Assembly: GCA_012295275.1 (NCBI GenBank)
Contig: CM022678.1
Location: forward strand, 10,540,001-10,604,000
Source: Chrysomallon squamiferum
Lineage: Eukaryota; Animalia; Mollusca
Direction: 5' to 3'
DNA: 64,000 nt
Below, in pieces: positions 13,787-27,379 of the stretch (its first letter is position 1; the number at the start of each line of letters is the position of its first letter). Below the pieces are notes generated by a model that was not told the origin of the DNA, searched no databases, and saw nothing but the letters and a program-made list of their open reading frames with translations. A program made the position numbers and the translations under genes.

Positions 13787-14015
13787 GTATTTTGGTAACA
13801 TATTCACAATACTTAATACGTAAATACCTGAATAACAAACCGAAAGTGGGTGGAAAAAATGAACCTGCCGATAAATGCATTTAATATAAATGAAAAACAG
13901 AAAACATGAATGCCGAAATGGGTAGAATAAATGAAACATGACAAAATGTATTTTGATAATATATTCACAATACTTTACATAAATACTTAGTTAATAAACC
14001 GAAAAATAACCTGTC
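13787..14015. repeat. Diverged local duplication (tgtattttg..atattcacaatactt..taaatac..aaccgaaa..acctg.cgataaa), two copies
   Basis: 13787-13875 resembles 13946-14020. Confidence 0.65.
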
Positions 14016-14180
14016 GATAAACGAATTAAAAAGAAACTAAAAAGAAACTAAAAATAGATAATAAAAATAGACAAACTTGCTTAGAAAGTGTAGATTAAGA
14101 TTTACGTCGTACGAATATAATTCAATATATGATAAAATATGTTTCAGGAATAATAATATTTGTTAGGTGTAAATTGGTAC

Positions 14181-14242
14181 CTTCAATAGTGCTTTAAGTC
14201 AAATATTATATTTTGCACTGATGAAACATTTTCCATAGCAAC
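14181..14242 (-). promoter_or_regulatory. Candidate TDRD7 non-coding first exon and promoter with RFX X-box-like site
   Basis: Minus-strand donor AAG|GTACC at 14181/14180 and an acceptor just upstream of the ATG exon (~13263). X-box-like TTTTCCATAGCAAC at 14229-14242. Confidence 0.4.
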
Positions 14243-14402
14243 AAGTATCTTATCAATTACTTATTTTCACTTTAACATTATTGCTCTTTCGTTTCAATTT
14301 CTCTGAAACCAATAAAGAAATGAAAACTAAAACAAGAGTTCTTATAATACGGGGAGATAATCGGAATGGCAAAGTTAAACTGGTTGCCTCATTTGTAAAC
14401 AA

Positions 14403-14485
<83 letters not shown>

Positions 14486-14970
14486 ATCAGAGATATGTAT
14501 ATGTATAAAGTTACGTCCATCATCTCTCTCTGTTTCAGAACATTAAAGTTTACATCTAAAGATTTGCATTATTTTGTATATGGAAAAAACAAAAAATACT
14601 ATCATCGCAATTTCCATTATAAAAGTAATTCATTGTTACGAAAATTATATTAAAAAACTCGTCTTTCTCCTTAATGAGAACCAGTTAAATCAATTAAAGG
14701 ACAGTAGAAAGATAAAAAAAAATAAAATAAAAAAAACAACATTTTGGAACAAATTGTATTCTCACACAATACACCAGCTGCATACCAAAGAATGTTTTGC
14801 CGTTTTCTGGTCGGTTTAGATGATGCAGCATCGTACCTTTGTAGCCCATAAATTAATGTCAGATTTAATTTTGGAAACTCTTTTTTAAATTAACTCTAGG
14901 TAACGCAATACTTTAGGCAAACATATGAAGGTTTGAGAGTATGAATGCGTTTGTGAGTTTAAACTGTGTG

Positions 14971-14975
<5 letters not shown>

Positions 14976-15030
<55 letters not shown>
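14976..15030. repeat. (GA)n microsatellite; representative of dozens of (CA)n, (GA)n, (TA)n, (TTA)n, (TTTA)n and (TTAC)n tracts in the window
   Basis: Seen directly. Others lie at e.g. 335-383, 15470-15583, 16755-16816, 19050-19195, 21384-21432, 33939-34036, 36004-36069 and 47516-47577. Confidence 0.95.
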
Positions 15031-15034
<4 letters not shown>

Positions 15035-15485
15035 ACCATACAATATATACATAGACTTGTATATTAAATTTTCTTGAGTATTCGTTTTTTGTTACGAAAT
15101 AGCTCTGAATGCGGAATCTACTTTTGTTAAAAACTCTAAAGATTGTAGACGTAGACGGATTTAATCAATAAATAAATAAAAACAAAAACAAAAACATAAA
15201 AATAAAAAACAACCGAGTATAATTAAAGAACAGCATATGCAGCAAGATGTAATGTAAATTATTTTTGTACACATTTAATATATTCCGTATTTCGTCACAT
15301 CAGTAAACTGTAAGTTATTTGTAATAGTTTGTTCTTTATATCTGTACAGTGAAATCGGGTATTTCATTTTGGATTTTAGTAAGAACATATGCAACATAGT
15401 AAAATAATATTGTTATTGTTTTAATGGATTATGAAAGTAACATATGAGTAACGGTAAACAAATAATATTATTTATTTATTTATTT

Positions 15486-15586
<101 letters not shown>

Positions 15587-15589
15587 CTT

Positions 15590-15864
15590 TTGCCAATAAC
15601 AATAAGTATTGGCAATAAGGCCAATAATTTCATTTATATTTATTATTGTGACTGCGAAGATTTCTGCAACAGTGCTGACTCGCAGTCTTCAAATTCAGCG
15701 TTATATATTCCAACTATTCTCTGGTTTACAAGAGCTTTATGTCGAAATATATGTAAATATTTTCTATTCTAATCTGACAGCAGAATCGCCCACAGAACTA
15801 AAGGTGGAGTTACTTCCCTTGTGATTACGCGGTAAACAAGTATTTTTACGAATGAAAAGGCGGA
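15590..15864 (+). promoter_or_regulatory. Candidate CENP-O promoter (CCAAT boxes, E2F-like site)
   Basis: CCAAT/ATTGG at ~15593, 15608 and 15622. E2F-like ACGCGGTAAA at ~15827. Locally elevated CpG just upstream of the inferred ATG. Confidence 0.35.
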
Positions 15865-16749
15865 ATGGAAAAGCGTTTGAAACAGTTTAGCATAGGTAGT
15901 CTTTTTCCTTTTCTTTGTTCAACGGGGAATATATTAGTCAAACGAGGAATTATTAATTTATAGAAAGCTAATGAACACCCTTATAACTGGATAAATCTAG
16001 ACGTCAAGATGATAAGTATAACTGAAAATAAATGAAGTGCGCTAGAGCATGATCATCATCATGCTCCACAAAAAAGTTACGAATAAATATAAATCATAAT
16101 AAACTATTAAACTTAAAGCTATTTACTTCCAGAAAATATTTTAGAGACGAAAATAATAATAATAATACTAAATAAAAATTCTGGATCAAATAGAGGATTT
16201 AAAATCGATAAACTGAGACAAATTAATAATATTTGAATTGTTATTTTATTTATTTTGATCATTAGCATTGTTATTATTATAAAACAAATATGTATTATTA
16301 TTATTATTTATATATTTTTTGTTTGTTATCTTTTTTGTTAATACAGGAGGTTTGTATAACCTTGAACATTTTGAAAAGGTAGCTATAGATGAACGAACTG
16401 AAAAAAATAAGTTTGAATCTGACAAGAAAGAATTACGTCGACTACAAAAGAAAGTTGCATCATTGGAGCAGAAGAAAAGTGAACTCGAGAAACGACTGCA
16501 CATTGCCAAAAACGATCTGGTACTGAGAGTAATTCATCAAGCTAAACTCAGAATAAACTTAAAATTTAATTTTTAATAAATTTATATATATATATATATA
16601 TATATTAAATAAATTATTTATATTTTATTAAAACCATCTACAAGGTGCATTTTTCCCAAAAGCAGATTCCACATTCAGAGCCATTTCATAACCAAAAACA
16701 CTAAAGGAAATATAATATACAAGTCTATGTGCATATTTTATGATAATTT

Positions 16750-16818
<69 letters not shown>

Positions 16819-19125
16819 GTATATATTATTTTTTATTTATATTCTATTAGTGATTTATTTATTTATCTTTTTGTGATGTTTAACCAAAACTTCCTACTTG
16901 TCATCAAAATATTCACTATTGTCAATATTGACAGTTTCAATACTGATTCAAATAAATTTTAAAAATATAAAAACAATTTAATTCATTAAATTCTGTAATA
17001 ATCTTATAAAAATATTTTGCTATGTCAGAATCAATAATCCGTTTAAATTGTTTCGGACATAAAATTCCTTATCTAAAATTTGATAAATTATTTAAAAAGT
17101 TTCTTTTTTGTTTTTTTTTAATTTATTTTCTTAATTAATTTTATTTTATTTACTTTTTTTATATTTATTTATATCTAATTTTTTATTTTTTGCCAAGAGA
17201 CATCATAGATAAATTTATTGTTTACTTATTTATGCACTAGTATGACTGTATATATATATATTTGTCTGTGTGTGTGTGTGTGTGTGTACATATGTATGTA
17301 TAAACTGTGATTAATTTTTTAAGGTTTATTTTTCTCATTAGTTGCTTTTGTTGTCAGATTTTTAGTAAAATAAAGTTTATTATAATCATTAAACTATATT
17401 AATTCATTTCTCAAATCAATTTATATAAAATACTAATATTATTTATTTGTTAATCAGTCAGAAAACAAGACTGCTAATTCAGATGACTTGAAAGATGGTG
17501 TTACTGAACTGATCAGACTAAAAGAGGTTGTAAAGTTCCATCGATTAACAGGTTAGTGAATTTATTTCATTAATATAATATCAGCAATCTGTATTAATTT
17601 GTACTATTAATTCTGTATAGAAAGGACTTTATTTTATTTTATTTTTATTTTTTTTTCTCATTTCTCTATTTTCTTTTTCTCTGGTGATTACATATGGATA
17701 GATATATATATATATAAACATTTTTTTATTATTATCTTTAAATTGTTTGAATGTCTGTACATGTGTGTGTGTGTGTGTGTGTGTTTACTTAACTGTATGT
17801 ATGGATCAGTGGTAATCTGGATGGAGCATATTTTAACTGAAAAAAAGTAAAAAGCAGCAAAAAGTAAATGTAAAAAAACATAAATGTTTTTATGATTATA
17901 TTTCTGTTCATTTGAATTAAAGACATATTTTCATTCATTTATTTATTTCTTAAATATACATTTCTAAAGAAATGATTCTGAAATGAAAAGATTTTGATTA
18001 TAAATGATTATATTTGGTTTTTGTTTAAATTAAACATATATTTATTTATTCTATTTATTTTATTCTTTTTTTTTTTTTTCCTTTTTATTCATGATTTCTA
18101 AATTATGTGTTTTTAAACTGCAGGTATATCAGTAGAATCTGTAGCTGAAGATGGAAAAATTGTTCTGAGATTTGAGGGAACCAATGAAGGGTCTTATTTT
18201 AAGTCATATTTCATAGAAATCCTACAAGACTGGAACCAGCAAGTTTTCAGACACACTCTTCCGAGCTTCATCCCCGTGAAAGAAATAGCAAGCTGTTCAG
18301 ACTTGCAGACGTTTATATTCAAAATTCGAAAATATTTATTTGCATTCACAGCAAGGCAGTCAGAAGTAGCTTCACTGAAAGTAAATGTTTCATTTCATTT
18401 TATTCTACTTGAAGTTATTATTTGTTTTTAAAAACCTGTCAGCAATAATAGCAGTTTGTAAGTTTTAATTTAAGTTTTAAGAATGTTAAAATGTTTGGTT
18501 AGTTTATTTATGTGCTTACCTTAATCAATCTAATTGTTATTAGTATTTGAAAAGGTATAATTTATTATTTGTTGTCATAAAGTTTTTCTGGATGTGGAAT
18601 CATTAGTACTTATAAATGTTATTATTTTTATATGAATCTTATAATATATATCATTAACTAAAACATACTATTATTTTAAGATTATTTTAATAATTATACA
18701 TTTTGAACAAATCAGCACAAATAAAATATAAATTATTAGTAGTATATTTTGAAGAAAATGGCCACAGTTTATTATAAGAATATTTTGTAAGCTCAAACTC
18801 ATAATCTAACAAAATCACTGTGCAAAAAAGATACCTCTATTAAAAACATTAACAACTCAAAAGAGTAGATATAAATTCATTTTTACAAATCCACCTGAAA
18901 TAGGCTGTTTTGTTATATAGTCTCCATAATTTTGTTTTTAAAAAAACATGATTTGTACAAAGAATACAGTTATTTTAATAATGCTGTGTTTAATTTTATA
19001 TAGTTTTTCTTTCTGACATCATATTTTATTTATTTATACATTTATTTGTTTGTTTATTTATTTTATTTTATTTTATTTTATTTTATTTTATTTTATTTTA
19101 TTTTATTTTATTTTATTTTATTTTA

Positions 19126-19193
<68 letters not shown>

Positions 19194-21380
19194 TTATTTT
19201 TTATTTTATTTTATTTTAGAGTGATTGTTCTGCAGTACTTAAGGGTGAGGTTGTGTGCAGCTTTGCACTAGATTATATAAAAATGGTAACAATGCCATTT
19301 GAAGACACGTTTCCTATCAAAGTTGTCTTGGTTTATGATAATCTCATGGATATTTTGCCCACAGCAGTTTTTATGACAGTTCTGAAGTCAGGTATGGATA
19401 GTTTTTAAATAACCATTCAAATAATACTTGTAAATATAAATATAAATATAGAATACATTAGTCTGTTTTGGAAAAGGAGTTGTCTAGGGTTTTTCTTTCA
19501 TTCTTTATTTCTTTCTTTCTAAAGAAAACTGATAATTTTAATCATTTATTTTAATAATTACCTCTGATGTTTACTTAAAATTTACCAGTATAACAATTTT
19601 GTTTGTTTTATTCAAATTATATGAATTTTTTGATTATTATTATTAAATAAATATATTTCTTCTGATAATCTTTTACAGACCTCTGCTTTATAAAATTAAC
19701 TAGTACAATATTCTTGTTTTCTTTAAATGACCTGAACAAAAATATATGTTAATTAATATAAAACAGATTTTTTATTTTTTTTATTTTTTTCATTAATGTT
19801 GATAATTTTAATTTAATTTTCACCTGTATATTTATATGTATGAATCTGACATTTTACTTAAACATATTTTGTCTATATTATTTAATGTTATGAACACATC
19901 AAAGAAGGGACAAAATGGAACAGTGTTTTTTAATTTGATCAGTTGGCCATGATTTCTTCCTGTGTTTGGATACATTGTATTTTTGTGCTTGATAAAACAG
20001 AGTCACCGACTGGTCTATTACTTTCCATTCCATCGCTCTGATTGGACGATATTTTTACTTGCGAATTTCCTTTGATGTTAGCAGAATTCCCTTTAAATCT
20101 CACATCCATTTCTGGATGAACCTTGTTGTTACTCTGGCAACAAACAATCGTCTTAAATGTTTTCCAAAAACGTTTATTGAGAGTGCAGTAGAGAAGAAAG
20201 TTGCAGGCAAAGTTCAATGAGGTCAGCACAGTGCTGACAAGTCTCATGACTAAATATGTCTCAGTATAGTAGGTAGTGAAACCAATCAGCAGCATAACTG
20301 AACTGGGTACCATGGTCACCAGAAAGAGGATGATGATGCCAACAAGCATGATGATTATTCTTTTTTGTTCCATTTGAAACCGTTGTTCGAGAGTCTGGTT
20401 CTGTTCTTCAAGTCGTTTGCGAACCTGGCGATGAGAGCGAAGATAGAGAATCATAATAATGTTAAAAACGAAGAGAATCAGCATGGGCAGGAACTGAAAG
20501 AGGACAGCGTCAAACCAGCCGTAAATTATAAAAGCTTCACTTTTAGCATATTCCGTGACCTCCACATTTCCCGATTCGGTGACCTCAATCTGCCAGAATG
20601 TCGGCAGGTTTTCCAGTGCTGAAACAACCCCAATGGCAATCACCGTCAGCAAAGCTGTGCTCGTGTGCTTAGTCTGAAGATGATGCAGCTTCACAAAACA
20701 AACAGCAATGCTTCTTTCTATAGTTAAAACAACAGTGGTCACAATGCTAGCCTTCAAAAAGATGTCGCCAACAGGAATGTACATAAACGCAATATAGATA
20801 TTTCGGAATTCACTGGAGATATTGCAGACTGGACATCGTATGAAACAGATGGGAAGAATAAACAAAAGACCCAGCATGTCATATATGGCTAGTCCTTTGA
20901 GGTACACGAAAGCCACCCCTTGAAACTGCCCCTTTATTAAAACTATGAGGGTGAGAATGTTGCCAGTGATGCCAAAAATACAAATGGCAGGAATGATTAC
21001 AACATAGCCTGCAATTGCAGTATCTTCTGGTAACGATGCAGACATTATAAATTTAATTTTAATTTTAATTTGTTCAATTTGCAGTGAAAGGGTGACTTTT
21101 TTTCTGTTTTTTTTTTTTTTTTTTAAGTGTATATAGAGCTGAATTCATGAAGTCCAATCTTAATCATATTTTGGTTGATCTGTTGATCTGATAAAATCAG
21201 ATGTTTGCAGTATTCTGTTGAATTGTTTTTCCTTCCAGCAGAATTATTTATCTCCACATGACTATTGCTAGTAATGAATCAGTGTACCATGTTCAGCTGT
21301 AACTCTTCAATCACTGCACAATGTATAGTTTTCTTTTGCTGAAAAAAAAAAAACACAGTTTTTTAAATTTCTAGAAAGTC

Positions 21381-21437
<57 letters not shown>

Positions 21438-23061
21438 CAGAGAGAGAGGAAAATGTGAAGATTAGAGAGAGAGAGAGAGAAGAAATGTGAGAAAAAGAAA
21501 GAAACACTGAATTTAAAAGAAAGAAATGAGAGAAAAAGAAAGGAAACACTGTATTTAATAGCTAGATGGTAACTATATAATATCTCCATAACTATATAAC
21601 CTAAATGGTCAAAGTGAGAAATCAAAGGTGTTTAGGTGTACAGTAAACAGTATCAGAAAGGAGGTGTATATGTAGGTGTATCAACAGCAGAATGAAAGAA
21701 AAGAGAACGAGAGAAGAAGAAAGGAAATTCTGTATGTAATAGCTAGATGATCAAGAGTTGAATGAAAGAAGAAAAGAATGAGAGAAAAAAGAAAGGAAAT
21801 GCTGTGTGTAATTTGTCAAAAGTCACAAATATACTTACAGAAACATACCGTGACAAACACCACACTGTACAGTTTAGCAGTCACAGTCTGCATGTTACGA
21901 TTTCTTCATTGTCTGTTCTTTACATTGCTGTTATAGTGTCCAAGACCTTTTTATTGTCCACTTGCAAAACCCTCATTTTGTTGTAAAATCAATAAAATAT
22001 TAATAAAGGTCGATGGTTTGCCTGTTAGTGATCTTCAGACATCAAGTCAAGTTGTACTGGTTTTTATGACACAAGTTACTGTCATCAACTGGGTGTTTTT
22101 TTTCTTTATTTGTTTCTTCTTTTTTATTTCAATTTGAAATTATCTTTGAGAGAGCTATTTATTATAATTAATCTTTTTTCTTATTATTGATTTTTTTAAA
22201 TGTTTGTTATTATGTTTAATTTCCAATATAAGAATATTTATACAAAGACCTTCCTTCCTTTTAGATGTTTTATTATTATTACTATTACTACAACTATTGT
22301 GACTATTTTTAATTTACTGTTATTAATATCATCATTATTATTGCTGTTATTGTTGTTCTGTTATTATTATTATTATTATAAATTACTAATATTATTATTT
22401 TATTTGTTGCTATTAATATCAATTTTCTATTATTAGTATTTTTATTTATTTTTATTATTATTACTAATAATAATGTAAGAAACCATTTGATCAACATTTG
22501 ACGCCAAAGTCATATTTCATTGTTATGTAGTTGTTTTTTTGTTTTTTGTAAAGACTATTATTTACTGTTTTACAGTTATCCAAGCTACTGAACATATTCC
22601 AAATAATTTATCAATTTTTATTTTATGTGTTTGCCTGTCTGTCACCATGGTGACCATGTTGACAATAACCCAGTCATAAAGAGATTTATATCCTAATGAG
22701 AATATCTTGTAATGGTTTATTGTGTGTGATATATGACGGTATTCAACAGGTCCTATAAAGTATATGTGTATATTCTTTCTATGTGACGAATATCTTGGGT
22801 AACCAATATTATTAGTAGTAGTTGTGATGTATATGTGTTTCCAGATCTAACCAATATTTTTTAACAGAAACAGAATTTCAGTTTTTCTACTCTTTATGTA
22901 GAAGAAATTTGGATTGTCTTGTCAGGAAATTTATTCTCGATAACAAATTAATTAATAGTTTAACAGTTTGGAAAGATAATAATTTTAATTACCAAGTAAT
23001 CATTCTTTTGTACATTAACAAGATTTATTTTCTAAATTAATATTTTTATAATGATAAATAA

Positions 23062-23104
<43 letters not shown>

Positions 23105-23546
23105 CAGTGGCATTACCTGAATTTTATCACATTCCCTGTATATACAAGTATAGGTTTACCCACTATAACGTAGCTGTTTCCATAACAACCTTGATCATTC
23201 TATCTTTGATTGGCTGTTGTGGGAAAGAACCATTATTATGATTAAGAAAGAACATTTTTCTGTCCAGTTCTGTGTTTTTTTTAAGAATGTTGTTCTTGTG
23301 TTTAGTTTCCCTTACAAGTATATTTACATAGAGACCTTGCTGTTTTCTAGATGTTTTATTATTACTATAACTACTGTAACTATTTTTATTTACTGTTATT
23401 ATTATCATCATTATTATTACTGTTATTGTTTTCAATTAATGTGTAGATTTTATTATTTATTATTTTTTTTTTTTTTTTTTTTTTTTCTTAATTTATTTTC
23501 TTTTTCTTTTTAATTTTTAAGAATTATTTTATCTTTTTTTATTATT

Positions 23547-23623
<77 letters not shown>

Positions 23624-23961
23624 TGTGTGAACAGTAACCTCAAACAGTTTCTTTCACTGTATAACTCAGTCAAAATGCAATTAACTTGAAATAATCAAAC
23701 TTCAGCATACCTGGCAGATTTACAGCCTTTTATTACAGGTAGATTCTTTCACTGCACTTTTAAACACACTACCCAAACAGTTGCAGTCAAAACAGTGAGA
23801 GACCTTAAAGAAACTGGAACCAAAACACACTGGCATTTAAGTCAAGCTTTTCAGTAAAACCTGCAGTTGTATTAGATAATTTGGCAGCTGCAAGTAGCTA
23901 TTATTGTCTTTATTTTTATTTTACATGCATTTATAAATTCTTTTTTTTAATTATTATTATT

Positions 23962-24008
<47 letters not shown>

Positions 24009-25041
24009 TTATTATTATTATTAAATTTTTTTTTTTATCATGTTCATACTAAGAAACAGTTATTTGGTTGTCATATTCATGGCCACTCAAGGAGTAGAAA
24101 ACAGCGATATTTTGTTGTTAGCATTTTTAAGTATTCTGGACATTAATTTAAGGTTTAATTCTCAATCACAAAACTGATTGATCCGAAATCCATTCCAACC
24201 TCATAATCAGTTTTGTTATAAATTCTGACTGGGTAAAACAAATACAAAAGAAAGAAAAAGATAATTTTTCAGTGGCTGTATATCCAAAATAGTTTTATTG
24301 GTTGGGCACATAGCAAAATTATGTACACAAATAATATTATATTATCTGCCTTCATATTAAAACAGATTAAAAGTAATTCAGTGAAATTTTCTGCTGTTTG
24401 TTTACATATCAAAAGATACAAAATTAGTTTTTACAGCTACCTACATTGCTTGTATATATTTATTGCTGGCAATTAAATTTATATAAGAACTTATCTCATA
24501 TAGCATTAAAACATATTTTTATGTGTGTTTATATATATGTATAGAAGTACCATAATGATAATGTATTTAATGTACAGCTGATATTTATTTCTGTTTAGCA
24601 AACCTTGATATTTCCCTGGTATAAAAATTAAATAACACATCTCAAAGTATTTGAAATTGTTTAATTTATGATTTGTCATCCTTAAGTTATTTTATCATCA
24701 TATTTGATTGAAATTTGTATTCTTATATAATTCTCTTTGCCATCTGATCTTTTTCTTTTATTTCTTTATTATTATTTTTTTTTATTGTTAGACCATAAAT
24801 CATAATTTCTTGTGAAGAATAAATAATTTATTGTAAGAAGGCCTGATATTACTTTTCCAACTATATATTAATATAATAAATAAATTAGGAATACATCAAG
24901 AATAAATTAAGATTAAATTAATTGATCTGGTACCTGTATATATAAATAATAATTTTAACAAAATAAAATAAAAATTATTTTAAATAAAGTAAATGTTGTA
25001 AATTTGAAATATAGGTTAAAAAGATAAAGAATAATACATAT

Positions 25042-25078
<37 letters not shown>

Positions 25079-25241
25079 TATTTTTCTGTTAGATGAAGAG
25101 GAGTTTGCAGAGCCCAGTGAACAGCTGATAGAGCAGTGGGTGGAGATGTACAAATCTTACCCTATAACCAAAGCCCTGAAAAAGATCATCTCCATGGAAC
25201 TGCAGTCGGAGGAGACATCAGACTTCTCTTCAGAACTCTAA
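15865..25241 (+). CDS. CENPO: Centromere protein O (CENP-O/Mcm21 family kinetochore protein), ~291 aa
   Basis: Exons 15865-15895 (start exon least certain), 16347-16519, 17458-17551, 18124-18380, 19220-19391, 25093-25241; phases are consistent. GGLYNLEHFE is followed by a coiled coil, then FHRLTGISV..RFEGTNEGSYFKSYFIEI..VFRHTLPSFIPVKEIA..YLFAFTARQ..SDCSAVLKG..LVYDNLMDILPTAV, which matches CENP-O family motifs. Confidence 0.85.
19939..21045 (-). CDS. Class A (rhodopsin-like) GPCR, FMRFamide-receptor/srw-like orphan, single coding exon, 368 aa; nested in CENP-O intron 5
   Basis: Seven hydrophobic segments. TM1 FGITGNILTLIVL, TM2 YLKGLAIYD, TM3 LTIERSIAV, TM5 FLP, TM6 FLVTMVP, TM7 NFACNFLLYC followed by helix 8 NKRFWKTF. 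Confidence 0.93.
   Translation of the reverse strand: MSASLPEDTAIAGYVVIIPAICIFGITGNILTLIVLIKGQFQGVAFVYLKGLAIYDMLGLLFILPICFIRCPVCNISSEFRNIYIAFMYIPVGDIFLKASIVTTVVLTIERSIAVCFVKLHHLQTKHTSTALLTVIAIGVVSALENLPTFWQIEVTESGNVEVTEYAKSEAFIIYGWFDAVLFQFLPMLILFVFNIIMILYLRSHRQVRKRLEEQNQTLEQRFQMEQKRIIIMLVGIIILFLVTMVPSSVMLLIGFTTYYTETYLVMRLVSTVLTSLNFACNFLLYCTLNKRFWKTFKTIVCCQSNNKVHPEMDVRFKGNSANIKGNSQVKISSNQSDGMESNRPVGDSVLSSTKIQCIQTQEEIMAN
21046..21960 (-). other. Inferred GPCR 5' UTR with an intron
   Basis: Minus-strand acceptor (T-tract)CAG at 21341-21339 preceded by a (CT)n tract. Donor CT|GTAAGT at 21839/21838. Upstream end is approximate. Confidence 0.45.
22641..22654. promoter_or_regulatory. Perfect palindromic RFX X-box-like site GTCACCATGGTGAC
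   Basis: 14-bp perfect palindrome fitting GTYNCC-AT-GGNRAC, upstream of the nested GPCR. Confidence 0.45.
23176..23189. promoter_or_regulatory. RFX X-box-like site GTTTCCATAACAAC with neighbouring CCAAT box
   Basis: One mismatch from canonical GTTTCCATAGCAAC. GATTGG lies at ~23208. Confidence 0.4.
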
Positions 25242-27147
25242 CATCAAACCAGAAACCAGTCTACTTCTGGAATACCCAGCAGTGAAACATGATCAACACC
25301 AGTTGAACAATTTTATTACATTTGCCTTCGAATTTGACAGCCAGTAGCCAATTATACATGTGGTGGCATAGAATAACCAGTCACATGGTGAAAATTATCA
25401 AAACCTGAGTTTTGATAAAATAAGATAAACCAGATTCTACAGATCAAACTACTTTTAGAATCATCCAAATCAGATTAAAACTTTCAAAATAATTACAGAT
25501 TTCGTATCAAAGAATCACGACTTTTCACAAAACAATTATCTGCATTAATAGGCTGTAACTCAAAATTACATTGCGTGACATCCAACTATGCCACCACTCA
25601 TAAATTTTTGAGCTGATGTGTCATTAAACATTCATTCAGTCATTTGGGCTTACACATTTTTGATAATGTAAAAATATACTTAATTTTTGAAAAAGGTAAG
25701 TAGATACTCTAGGCCATAAGTGAGGTTCATGTAAGGCCTAGACAATGACAATGACATTATTCTCATAAACTGTAGCTTTACAGTACAGAGAAGAATGTCT
25801 ATCAGATGTATGATAACAAAATTAAAATGCATCTGTAATGTAATGTGGATGATGTATGGTATAACTTAGTGTTATAGTTTATGGTTGAGAAAATTCTTGA
25901 TACAGACATTTGAAATGTGGAAATAATACACCTCAAGAATATTTGTGCTGCAGCTAGATATTATTGTTGCACTGTTGTCCCAGAAAAATAATATAGCTGG
26001 GTTTTAGAATAATACAAACCCCAAGAGGATTTGAGGTTTTCTAATACTTTTCATTAAAAATACACAGAAAACCTTATTTTGTTTTTCTATCTTGAAATTG
26101 GGTATGAATTATAAAATGTAAATCTTACCATTACTATTCTCTTATTATTATTATTTTAAGATGATGATGAATATTATTATTATTATTATTAAACCATTTC
26201 TTTATAAAATGGAATTATCACAAATAGAAATTTATCTTCTAAACTAACTCATGCTGATGAATTTGTTATTTTGTATTATTATTGTTATTGTTATTGTTGT
26301 TATTTCTAGATTAGTTTAAAAAAATGATCAACTCTGGTCATTGGCAATATCCAATACATTTTTGTCTCTGATCTGTTCTCAAACATGGGATTTTAAAAAT
26401 AATCCTGAATTGAAATAAACTCACTGGCCCACCATAATTCTGTGATTACAAGCAAATCTTCACTAGCACCTTTCTAGACAAAATCATACTTTCTGAATTT
26501 GGCTATTTGTCAAAAACCAATATTAACTAAGAACTGATTTTATGGTTAATAATCCCTTGACCTTTGACCCAGTCATCAGTTCAGCACTCATTTGTTTCAT
26601 TGGTTTGAAATCCTCTTGGAATTCTGTATCTGTGTTATTTGTTAAGTTTATTAATAACAAACAAACTTAAAGAAATCAGTACATTTTTTTTGATTTAACT
26701 TTTTATTATAATATAATCTGGAAGAAAAAAAAAAAAAAAAAACTTTTCATTTATAGTTAAGTTCAGATGAATTAAAAAAAAAAACATGTTTCAAATAAAA
26801 TACAAAAGAAGGAAGATCCTTTACTGTGTATTAAAACAAACAAAACAAAAATTGTAAAAAAATTTAAGGTGAATATTAAAATTTATTAAATGATAAACCT
26901 GTCTTACATTGTTTTTTGTTTTTTATAATTATTATTACAACAGACCTTTACTGTGTTTTTAAAAACATTACAAAAATCTGGAATAAAATGGATTAAAAAT
27001 TCAACCCTTCTATTTTAACTCTCTAGCAATCAAGGAAATTGCACCATAATGCAAACAGAATTTTTATACATTTCAATATTTGGTCTTAACATTTTATAGC
27101 AAACAATGCTCACATGATTTCGTGTTCAATACTGGTGTATCATTACA

Positions 27148-27195
<48 letters not shown>

Positions 27196-27379
27196 TTCAA
27201 TATAATTAATGTATATAGCTATCGATAGTTTTGAACATGAAATAAAGCTTATGTAAACTAGCTAAGCATATAAGCAGTTACTAATATGGCTGCAAGAATA
27301 TTTCAGGCAAAGATGCTAAAGCTGCAACATATTTTCAGTCAACAATAGTTTCGTAATTTCGTAAACTCAGAAAAGCACA

